Positions 13,831 to 25,899 of a stretch of 64,000 nucleotides of DNA are shown here, piece by piece. The position numbers and the translations under genes are program-made. Each line of letters begins with the position of its first letter. The stretch's first letter is position 1. Where the stretch lies: NCBI RefSeq assembly GCF_009914755.1, contig NC_060933.1; one strand, given 5' to 3'. A model generated the notes under the pieces. That model was given only the letters and a program-made list of their open reading frames with translations, made no database searches and had not been told where the DNA came from. Source of the stretch: the human T2T-CHM13v2.0 reference genome, Homo sapiens.

Positions 13831-15214
13831 TGGAACAGAACGGAACGGATCGGAACGGAATGGAATGCAATGGAATGGAATGGAATGGAATGGAATTGTA
13901 TGGAATGGAATGGAATGGTACGGAATAGAATGGAATGGAAAGAGTTGGAATGGAATGGAATCGAATGGAATGATATGGAATGGAATGGAATGGAATGGAA
14001 TCAACCCGAGTGCAGGCGAATGTAATGGAACGGAATGCAATGGAAGGGAATCATCCGGAATGGAATGGAATGGAATGGAATGGAATGGAATGGAATCAAC
14101 CCGAGTGCAATGCAATGGAGTGGAATGGAATGGAATGGAATGGAACAGCACGAATGGAATGGAATGTAATGGAGAGTAAGGGAGTTGAATAGAATCAACC
14201 CGAATGTAATGGAATGGAATGGAACGGAATGGAATGGAATGGAATGCAATGGAATGGAATCAACCCGAGTACAATGGAATGGAATGGAATGGAATAGAAT
14301 GGAATGGAATCGATTGGAATGGAATGGAATGGAATCAACCCGAGTGCAATGGAATGGAGAGGAATGGAATGGAATGGAATGGAAACTACCCGAATGGAAT
14401 GGAATGTAATGAAGTGTAAGGGAATTGAATAGAATCAATCCGAATGTAATCGAATGGAATGCAACGGAATGGAATGGAATGGAATGGAATGGAATGCAAT
14501 GTAATGGAATCAACCCGAGTGCAATCGAATGGAATCGAATGGAATGGAATGCAATGGAATGGATTCAACTTGAATGGAATGGAAAGAATGGAATCAACAT
14601 GAGAGGAATTGCATGGATTGGAATGGAATGGAATGGAATCAACCCGAGTACAGGAGAATGGAATGGAATGGAATGCAATGGAATGTAATCATTAGTAATG
14701 GAATGGAAAGGAATGGAATGGAATGGAATGGAATGAACTCGATTGCAATCGAATGGAATGGAATGGAATGAACTCGATTGCAATCGAATGGAATGGAATG
14801 GAATTAACCCGAATAGAATGGAATGGAATGGAATGGAACGGAACGGAATTGAATGGAATGGAATGGAATGGAATGGAATGGAACGGAACGGAATGGAATG
14901 GAATGGAATGGAATGGAATGGAATCAACGCGAGTGCAGGGGAATGGAATGGAATGGAATGCAATGGAATGGAATCTTTCGGAATGGAATGGAATGGAATG
15001 GAATGGAATGGAATGCAATGGATTCAACTCGATTGCAATGGAATGGAATAGAATGGAATGGAATGGAATGGAATGGAATTAACCCTAATAGAATAGAATG
15101 GAATGGAATGGAATGGAACGGAATAGAACGGAATGGAAAGGAATGGAATGGAATGGAATGGAATGGAATGCTATGGAATGGAATGGAATGGTACGGAGTA
15201 GAATGGAATGGAAC

Positions 15215-15815
15215 GAATTGGAATGGAATGGAATCGAATGGAATGGAATGGAATGGAATGGAATCAACGCGATTGCAGGGGAATGTAATAGAACGGAATG
15301 CAATGGAATGGAATCATCCGGAATGGAATGGAATGGAATGGAATGGAATGGAATGCAATGGAATGGAATCAACCCGAGTGCAATGGAATGGAGTGGAATG
15401 GAATGGAATGGAATGGAACAACCCGAATGGAATGGAAAGTAATTGAGATTAAGGGAGTTAAAAAGAATCAATCCGAATGTAATGGAATGGAATGGAACGG
15501 AATGGAATGGAAGGAATTGGAATGGAATGGAATCGAATGGAATGGAATGGAATGGAATGGAATCAACGCGATTTCAGGGGAATGTAATAGAACGGAATGC
15601 AATGGAATGGAATCATCCGGAATGGAATGGAATGGAATGGAATGGAATGGAATGGAATGGAATGTAATGGAATGGAATCAACCCGAGTGCAATGGAATGG
15701 AGTGGAATGGAATGGAATGGAATGGAACAACCCGAATGGAATGGAATGTAATGGAGATTAAGGGAGTTAAAAAGAATCAATCCGAATGTAATGGAATGGA
15801 ATGGAACGGAATGGA
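15215..15815 (+). repeat. About 300-bp tandem duplication
   Basis: CAACGCGATT at 15265/15564 and GAGATTAAGGGAGTTAAAAAGAATC at 15445/15754. I did not see these variants elsewhere. Confidence 0.85.
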
Positions 15816-17687
15816 ATGGAATGGAATGGAATGGAATGGAATGGAATGGAATGGAATCAACCCGAGTGCAATCGAATGGAATCGAATGGAATGGAATGCA
15901 ATGGAATAGATTCAACTTGAATGGAATGGAAAGAATGGAATCAACACGAGTGGAATGGCATGGCTTGCAATGGAATGGAATGGAATCAACCCGAGTACAG
16001 GGGAATGGAATGGAATGGATAGCAATGGAATGGAATCATCCGAAATGGAATGGAAAGGTATGGAATGGAATTGAATGGGATGGAATGGCTTCAAACCGAA
16101 TGGAATGGAAAGGAATGGAATCAACACGAGTGGAATGGAATGGAATGGAATGGAATGGAATGGAATGGTATGGAATAGAATGGAATGGAACGAAATGGAA
16201 TGGAATAGAATGGAATGGAAAGGAATGGAATTGTTCCGAGGGAATAGGAGGGAATGTATTCGAGTGGAATGGAAAGGAATGGAATCAACCAGAGTGGAAT
16301 GGAAGGGAATGGAATGGAATGGAAACTAATAGAATGGAATCAACCCGAGTGGAATGGAATGGAAAGGAATGGAATGGAATGGAATGGAATGGAATGGAAT
16401 GGAATGGAATGGAATGGAATCAACTCGATTGTAATGGAATGGAATGGAATGGAATGTAATGGAATGGAATGGAATTAACCCGAATACAATGGAATGGAAT
16501 TCAATGGAACGGAATGGAGTGGAATGGAATGGAATCAACCCTAGTGCAGGGGAATGGAATGGAATGGAATGCAATGGAATGCAATCATCCGGAATGGAAT
16601 GGAATGGAATGGAATGCAATGCAATGGAATCAACTCGATTGCAATGGAATGGAATGGAAAGGAATAGAATGGAATCAACCCGAGTGGAATGGAATGGAAA
16701 GGACTGGAATGGAGTGGAATGGAATGCAATGGAAAGGAATTAACTCGATTGGAATGGAATGGAAAGGAATGGAATAGAATGGAATGGAATGGAATGGAAT
16801 GGAAAGGAATCAACCTGACTGCAGGGGAATGGAATGGAATGGAATGCAATGGAATGGAATCATCCCGAACGGAATGGAATGGAATGGAATGGAATCAACT
16901 CGATTGCAATGGAATGGAATGCAATGGAATGGAATGGAATAGAATGGAATGGAATTCACCCGAATAGAATGGAATGGAATGGAATGGAAAGGAATGGAAG
17001 GGAAGGGAATGGAATGTAATCAACCCGAGTGCAGGGGAATGGAATGGAATGGAATGCAATGGAATGGAATCATCCGGAATGGAATGGAATGGAATGGAAT
17101 GGAATGGAATGGAATGCAATGGAATGGAATCAACCCGAGTACAATGGAATGGAATGGAATGGAATGGAATGGAATGGAATGGAATGGAATGGAATGGAAT
17201 GGAATTGAATGGAATGGAATGCCATCAAACTGAATGGAATGGAAAGGAATGTAATCAACACGAGTGGAATGGAATGGAATGGAATGGAATGGAATGGTAC
17301 GGAATAGAATGGAATGGAACGAAATGGAATGGAATGGAATGGAATGGAATGGAATGGAATGGAATGGAATGGAATGGAATGGAATGGAATGGAATCGTTC
17401 CGAGTGGAATAGGAGGGAATATATTCGAGTGAAATGGAAAGGAATGGAATCAACCAGAGTGGAATGGAAGGGAATGGAATGGAATGGAAACTAATAGAAT
17501 GGAATCGACCTGAGTGGAATGGAATGGAAAGGACTGGAATGGAATGGAATGGAATGGAATGGAATGGAATGGAATGGAATCAACTCCATTGTAATGGAAT
17601 GGAATGGAATGGAAAGGAATGGAATGGAATGCAATGGAATTAACCCGAATAAAATGAAAAGGAATGGAATGGAACGGAATGCAAAGC

Positions 17688-17715
17688 AATGGAATCAACT
17701 CGGGTTGATTCCATT
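17688..17715. other. Satellite orientation-switch (inversion) junction
   Basis: AATGGAATCAAC-TCGG-GTTGATTCCATT has 12-bp inverted arms around a 4-nt loop. Sequence to the left is GGAAT and sequence to the right is CATTC, with no intervening foreign sequence. Confidence 0.96.
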
Positions 17716-18583
17716 CCCTTCTTTCCATTCCATTCCATTCCATTCCATTCCTTTCCATTCCATTCCATTGCCTTGCATTCCACTCGGGTTGATTCCATTC
17801 CCTTCTTTCCACTTCATTACATTCCCTTCCATTCCACTCGGAATGATTGATTCCATTCCAATCCATTCCATTTCATTCCATTGCAATCCATTAGAATCCA
17901 TTCCATTCCATTCCATTCCACTCGAGTTGACTTCATTCCATTCCTTTCCATTCCATTCCATTCCTTTCCACTCGAGTTGATTCCATTCCATTCCAATCCA
18001 TTGCATTCCATTCCATGCCATTCCACTCGGGTTGATTCCATGCCTTTGCATTCCATTCCATTCCATTCCATTGCATTCCATTACATTCCATTCCATTCCG
18101 TTGCATTCCATTAAATTACATTCGGATTGATTCTATTCAACTCCCTTACTCTCCATTACATTCCATTCCATTCGGTATATTCCATTCCATTCCATTCCAT
18201 TCCACTCCATTCCATTGCACTCGGGTTGATTCCATTCCATTCCATTCCATTCCATTCAATTCCATTCCGGATGATTCCATTCCATTGCATTCCGTTCCAT
18301 TACATTCCCCTGCACTCGCTTTGATTCCATTCCATTCCATTCCATTACATTTCGTTCCATTCCATTCTATTCCGTACCACTCCATTCCATTCCGTACCAT
18401 TCCATTCCATTCCATTCCATTCCATTCCATTCCATTCCATTCCGTTCCATTCCGTTCCATTCCATTCCATTCCATTCTATTCGGGTTAATTCCTTTCCAT
18501 TCCATTCCATCCCATTCTATTACATTCCATTGCAATCAAGTTGAATCCATTGCATTTCATTCCATTCCATTCCATTCCATTCC

Positions 18584-18598
18584 ATTCCGGAAGATTCC
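18584..18598. promoter_or_regulatory. Perfect three-unit heat-shock-element match (representative of about 32 copies)
   Basis: aTTCc gGAAg aTTCc fits the canonical HSF1 nTTCnnGAAnnTTCn consensus. This is a sequence match only; binding is not shown. Confidence 0.5.
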
Positions 18599-21500
18599 AT
18601 TCCATTGCATTCCATTCCATTCCATTCCCCTGCACTCGCGTTGATTCCATTCCATTCCATTCCATTCCATTCCATTCCATTCCATTCCGTTCCGTTCCGT
18701 TCCATTCCATTCCATTCCATTCCATTCCATTCCATTCCGTTCCGTTCCATTCCATTCCATTCCATTCTATTCGGGTTAATTCCATTCCATTCCATTCGAT
18801 TGCAATCGTGTTGATTCCATTCCATTCCATTCCATTCCATTCCATTCCTTTCCATTCCATTACGGATGATTCCATTCCATTGCATTCCATTCCATTCCAT
18901 TCCCCTGTACTCGGGTTGATTCCATTCCATTGCATTCCAATCCATGCCCTTCCACTCGTGTTGATTCCATTCTTTCCATTCCATTTAAGTTGAATCCATT
19001 CCATTGCATTCCATTCCATTCGATGCCATTCGATTGCACTCGGGTTGATTCCATTCCATTGCATTCCATTCCGTTCCATTCCATTCCATTCCATTCCGTT
19101 CCGTTCCATTCCATTCCATTACATTCGGATTGATTCTATTCAATTCCCTTACACTCCATTACATTCCATTCCATTCGGGTAGTTTCCATTCCATTCCATT
19201 CCATTCCTCTCCATTCCATTGCACTCGGGTTGATTCCATTCCATTGCATTCCATTCCATTCCATTCAATTCCATTCCGTTCCATTCCATTCCATTACATT
19301 CGGATTGATTCTATTCAACTCCCTTACTCTCCATTACATTCCATTCCGTTCGGGTTGTTCCATTCCATTCCATTCCATTCCACTCCATTCCATTGCACTC
19401 GGGTTTATTCCATTCCATTCCATTCCATTCCATTCCATTCCATTCCATTCCGGAAGATTCCATTCCATTGCATTCCATTCCATTCCATTCCCCTGCACTC
19501 GCGTTGATTCCATTCCATTCCATTCTATTCCATTCCATTCCATTCCATTCCATTCCATTCTTTCCGTTCCATTCCATTCCATTCCATTCCATTCCATTCC
19601 ATTCCATTCCGTTCCGTTCCATTCCATTCCATTCCATTCCATTATATTCGGGTTAATTCCATTCCATTCCATTCGATTGCAATCGAGATGATTCCATTCC
19701 ATTCCATTCCATTCCATTCCATTCCATTCCATTCCATTGCACACGGGTTCATTCCATTCCATTCCATTCCATTCCATTCCATTCCATTTCATTCCATTCC
19801 ATTCTATTCCGTATCATTCCATTCCATCCCATTCCATTCCGTTCCATTCCATGCCATTACACTCGGGTTGATTCCATTCCTTTCCATTCCATTCTTGTTG
19901 AATCCATTCAATTCCATTCCATTCGAATCCATTCCATTGCACTTGGGTTGATTCCATTCCATTCCATTCCATTCCATTTCATTCCATTCCATTCCATTAC
20001 ATTCGGATTGATTCTATTCAATTCCCTTACACTCCATTACATTCCATTCCATTCGGGATGTTTCCATTCCATTCCATTCCATTCCACTCCATTCCATTGC
20101 ATCAGGTTGATTGCATTCCATTCCATTCCATTCCATTCCGGATGATTCCATTCCATTGCATTCCATTCCATTCCATTCCCCTGCACTCGGGTTTATTCCA
20201 TTCCATTCCATTCCATTCCATTCCATTCCATTCCATTCCATTCCATTCCATTCCTTTCCATTCCATTCCATTCCATTCTATTCCGGTTAATTCCATTCCA
20301 TTCCTTTCGATTCCATTCCATTCCATTCCATTCCATTGCAATCGAGTTGATTCCATTCCATTCCATTCCATTCCGTTCCGGATGATTCCATTCCATTCCA
20401 TTCCATTCCATTCCATTCCCCTGCAGTCGGGTTGATTCCATTCCATTCCATTCCATTCCATTCCATTCCATTCCGTTCCATTCCATTCCATTCCATTCTA
20501 TTCGGGTTAATTCCATTCCATTCCATTCCATTCCATTCCATTCCATTCCAATGGAGTTGATTCCATTCCATTCCGTTCCATTCCATTCCACTCCATTCCA
20601 CTCCTTTCCATTCCATTACACTCGGGTTGATTCCATTCTATTACTTTCCATTCCATTCCATTCCATTGCAATCGAGTTGATTCCATTGCTTTGCATTCCA
20701 TTCCATTCCATTCCATTCCGGATGATTACATTCGATTGCATTCCATTCCATTCCATTCCCCTGCACTCGGGTTGATTCCATTCCATTCCACTCCATTCCG
20801 TTCCATTCCATTCCATTCCATTGTATTCGGGTTAATTCCATTCCATTCCATTCCATTCCATTCCATTCCATTCCATTACAATCGAGTTGATTCCTTTCCA
20901 TTCAATTCCATTCCATTCCATTCCATTCCAGTCCTTTCCATTCCATTCCACTCGGGTTGATTCCATTCTATTAGTTTCCATTCCATTCCATTCCCTTCCA
21001 TTCCACTCTGGTTGATTCCATTTCTTTCCATTCCACTCGAATACATTCCCTCCTATTCCACTCGGAACGATTCCATTCCATTCTATTCCATTCCATTCCA
21101 TTCCATTCCATTCCATTCCATTCCAGTTCGTTCCATTCCATTCTCTTCCGTACCATTCCATTCCATTCCATTCCTTTCCATTCCATTCCTTTCCACTCGT
21201 GTTGATTCCATTCCTTTCCGTTCCATTCGGTTTGAAGGCATTCCATTCCATTCAATTCCATTCAATTCCATTCAATTACATTCCATTCTATTCCATTCCA
21301 ATGCAATCGAGTTGAATCCATTGCCTTTCATTCCATTCCATTCCATTCCATTCCATTCCGGAAGATTCCATTCCATTACATACCATTCCATTCCATTCCC
21401 CTGCACTCGCGTTGATTCCATTCCATTCCATTCCATTCCATTCCGTTCCGTTCCATTCCATTCCATTCCATTCCATTCCATTCCGTTCCGTTCCATTCCA

Positions 21501-23420
21501 TCCCATTCCATTCTATTCGGGTTAATTCCATTCCATTCCATTCGATTGCCATCGAGTTGATTCCATTCCATTCCATTCCATTCCATTCCATTCCTTTCCA
21601 TTCCATTACGGATGACTCCATTCCATTGCTTTCCATTCCATTCCATTCCCCTGTACTCGGGTTGATTCCATTCCATTCCATTCCACTCCATTCGGTTCCG
21701 TTGCATTCCATTCTATTGCATTCCATTCTATTCGGGTTAATTCCGTTCCATTCTATTCCATTCCATTCCATTCCATTCCATTGCAATGGAGTTGATTCCA
21801 TTCCATTCCATTCCATTCCGGATGATTCCATTCCATTGCATTCCATTCCATTCCATTCCCCTGCACTCGTGTTGATTCCATTCCCTTCCATTCCATTCCA
21901 TTCCGTTCCATTCCATTCCATTCCATTCTATTCCGGTTAATTCCATTCCATTCCATTCCATTCCATTCCATTCCATTCCATTGCAATCGAGTTGATTCCA
22001 TTCCATTCCTTTCCATTCCATTCCATTGCCTTGCATTCCACTCGTGTTGATTCCATTCCCTTCTTTCCACTCCATTACATTCCCTTCCATGATTGATTCC
22101 ATTCTATTCCATTCCAATTCATTCCATTGCAATCCATTCCAATCCATTCCATTGCATTCCATTCCACTCGAGTTGACTTAATTCCATTCCTTTCCATTCT
22201 TTTCCATTCCTTTCCACTCGAGTTGATTCCATTCCATTCCAATCCATTGCATTCCATTCCATGCCATTCCACTCGGGTTGATTCCATTCCTTTGCATTCC
22301 ATTCCATTCCATTCCATTCCATTCCATTCCATTCCATTCCTTTGCATTCCATTGCATTACATTCGGATTGATTCTATTCAACTCCCTTACTCTCCATTAC
22401 ATTCCATTCCATTCGGGTTGTTCCATTCCATTCCATTCCATTCCACTCCATTCCATTGCACTCGGGTTGATTCCATTCCATTCCATTCCATTCCATTCCA
22501 TTCCATTCCATTCCGGATGATTCCATTCCATTGCATTCCGTTCCATTACATTCCCCTGCACTCGCGTTGATTCCATTCCATTCCATTCCTTTCCATTCTA
22601 TTCCATTCCATTACAATTCGTTCCATTCCATTCTATTCCGTACCATTCCATTCCATTCCATACCATTCCATTCCATTCCATTCCATTCCATTCCATTCCG
22701 TTCCATTCCGTTCCATTCCATTCCATTCCATTCTATTCGGGTTAATCCCATTCCATTCCATTCTATTCCATTCCATTGCAATCGAGTTGAATCCACTGCA
22801 TTTCATTCAATTCCATTCCATTCCATTCCGGAAGATTCCATTCCAATGCATTCCATTCCATGCCATTCCCCTGCACTCGCGTTGATTCAACTCGGGTTGA
22901 TTTCATTCCATTGCATTCCATTCCATTCCATTCCATTCCATTCCATTCCATTCCGTTCCATTCCATTCCATTACATTCGGATTGATTCTATTCAATTCCC
23001 TTACACTCCATTACATTCCATTCAATTCTGGTAGTTTCCATTCCATTCCATTCCATTCCTCTCCATTCCATTGCACTCGGGTTGATTCCATTCCATTGCA
23101 TTCCATTCCATTCCATTCCATTCCACTCCGTTCCATTCCATTCCATTACATTCGGATTGATTCTATTCAACTCCCTTACTCTCCATTACATTCCATTCCA
23201 TTCGGCTTGTTCCATTCCATTCCATTCCATTCCATTCCACTCCATTCCATTGCACTCGGGTTTATTCCATTCCATTCCATTCCATTCCATTCCATTCCAT
23301 TCCGGATGATTCCTTTCCATTGCATTCCATTCCATTCCATTCCCCTGCACCCGCGTTGATTCCATTCCATTCCATTCCATTCCATTCCATTCCATTCCAT
23401 TCCATTCCTTTCCATTCCAT

Positions 23421-23470
23421 TCCGTTCCGTTCCGTTCCGTTCCGTTCCGTTCCGTTCCGTTCCGTTCCGT
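23421..23470 (-). repeat. (TCCGT)10 variant-pentamer microsatellite
   Basis: Ten consecutive TCCGT units (GGAAC phase on -) replace TCCAT. Confidence 0.92.
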
Positions 23471-25899
23471 TCCATTCCATTCCATTCCATTCTATTCGGG
23501 TTAATTCCAATCCATTCCATTCGATTGCAATCGGGTTGATTCCATTCCATTCCATTCCATTCCATTCCTTTCCATTCCATTACGGATGATTCCATTCCAT
23601 TGCATTCCATTCCATTCCATTCCCCTGTACTCGGGTTGATTCCATTCCATTCCATTCCAATCCATGCCATTCCACTCGTGTTGATACCATTCTTTCCATT
23701 CCATTCAAGTTGAATCCATTCCATTGCATTCCCTTCCATTCCATTCCCCTGCAGTCGGGTTGATTCCATTCCATTCCATTCCATTCCATTCCATTCCGTT
23801 CCGTTCCGTTCCATTCCATTCCATTCCATTCTATTCGGGTTAATTCCATTCCATTCCATTCCATTCCATTCCATTCCATTCCATTCCAATCGAGTTGATT
23901 CCATTCCATTCCATTCCATTCCATTCCACTCCATTCCAGTCCTTTCCATTCCATTCCACTCGGGTTGATTCCAATGTATTCCTTTCCATTCCATTCCATT
24001 CCATTGCAATCGAGTTGATTCCATTGCTTTACAATCCATTCCATTCCATTCCATTCCGGATGATTCCATTCCATTGCATTGTATTCCATTCCATGCCCCT
24101 GCACTCGGGTTGATTCCATTCCATTCCACTCCATTCCGTTCCATTCCATTCCATTCCATTGTATTCGGGTTAATTCCATTCCATTCCATTCCATTCCATT
24201 ACAATCGAGTTGATTCCATTCCATTCCATTCCATTCCATTCCATTCCAGTCCTTTCCATTCCATTCCACTCGGGTTGATTCCATTCTATTAGTTTCCATT
24301 CCATTCCATTCCCTTCCATTCCACTCTGGTTTATTCCATTCCTTTCCATTCCACTCGAATACATTCCCTCCTATTCCACTCGGAACGATTCCATTCCTTT
24401 CCATTCCATTCCATTCCATTCCATTCCATTCCGTTCCATTCCATTCCATTCCATTCCACTCGTGTTGATTCCATTCCTTTCCATTCCATTCGGTTTGAAG
24501 GCATTCCATTCCATTCCATTCCATTCCATTCCATTCCATTCCATTCCATTTCATTCCATTGTACTCGGGTTGATTCCATTCCATTGCATTCCATTCCATT
24601 CCATTCCATTCCATTCCGTTGCATTCCATTCCATTACATTCGGATTGATTCTATTCAACTCCCTTACTCTCCATTACATTCCATTCCATTCTGGTTGTTC
24701 CATTCCATTCCATTCCATTCCACTCCATTCCATTGCACTAGGGTTGATTCCATTCCATTCCATTCCATTCCATTCCGGATGATTCCATTCCATTGCATTC
24801 CGTTCCAGTACTTTCCCCTGCACTCGCGTTGATTCCATTCCATTCCATTCAATTCCATTCCATTACAATTCGTTCCATTCCATTCTATTCCGTACCATTC
24901 CATTCCATTCCATTCCATTCCATTCCATTCCATTCCATTCCATTCCGTTCCATTCCGTTCCATTGCATTCCATTCCATTCTATTCGGGTTAATTCCATTC
25001 CATTCCATTCCATTCCATTCTATTCCATTCCATTGCAATCGAGTTGAATCCATTGCATTTCATTCCATTCCATTCCATTCCATTCCATTCCGGAAGATTC
25101 CATTCCATTGCATTCCATTCCATTCCATTCCCCTGTACTCGCATTGATTCCATTCCATTCCATTCCATTCCATTCCGTTCCGTTCCGTTCCATTCCATTC
25201 CTTTCCATTCCATTCCATTCCATTCCGTTCCATTCCATTCCATTCCATTCTATTCGGGTTAATTCCATTCCATTCCGTTCGATTGCAATCGAGTTGATTC
25301 CATTCCATTCCATTCCATTCCATTCCATTCCATTCCTTTCCATTCCATTACGGATGATTCCATTCCATTGCATTCCATTCCATTCCATTCCCCTGTACTC
25401 GGGTTGATTCCATTAAATTCCATTCCAATCCATGCCATTCCACTCGTGTTGACTCCATTCTTTCCATTCCATTCAAGTTGAATCCATTCCATTGCATTCC
25501 ATTCCATTCGATTCCATTCGATTGCACTCGAGTTGATTCCATTCCATTGCATTCCATTCCATTCTATTCCATTCCATTCCATTCCATTCCATTCCATTCC
25601 ATTCCGTTACATTCGGATTGATTCTATTCAATTCCCTTACACTTCATTACATTCCATTCCATTCGGGTAGTTTCCACTCCATTCCATTCCATTCCTCTCC
25701 ATTCCATTGCACTCGGGTTGATTCCATTCCATTGCATTCCATTCCATTCCATTCAATTCCATTCCTTTCCATTCCATTCCATTCCATTCGGATTGATTCT
25801 ATTCAACTCCCTTACTCTCCATTACATTCGATTCCCTTCGGGTTGTTCCATTCCATTCCATTCCATTCCACTCCATTCCATTGCACTCGGGTTGATTCC

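Larger units (their letters stand above)
1..17702 (+). repeat. Satellite III (HSat3) array, left arm, G-rich (GGAAT)n strand on +
   Basis: Continuous GGAAT pentamers with recurrent GGAATCAACCCGAGT(G), CAACTCGATTGCAAT, TAACCCGAATAG and CATCCGG variants. CAACCCGA(G/A)T followed by (GGAAT)n is the classical satellite 3 simple-sequence signature. It is not dominated by CATTCGATTC as HSat2 is. Confidence 0.97.

Noticed and set aside
17600-17800. Transposon insertion or telomere-fusion site at the strand switch
   Set aside because: There is no Alu/L1 sequence, poly(A), target-site duplication or TTAGGG. Both sides are satellite right up to the join.
22881-22902. TCAACTCGGGTTGATT, a 16-mer identical to the inversion junction, with a GTTGATTCAAC mini-palindrome
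   Set aside because: Both flanks stay CATTC-oriented. It is most simply two adjacent spacer motifs with one C>A change (GATTCCACTCGGG to GATTCAACTCGGG), not a second inversion.
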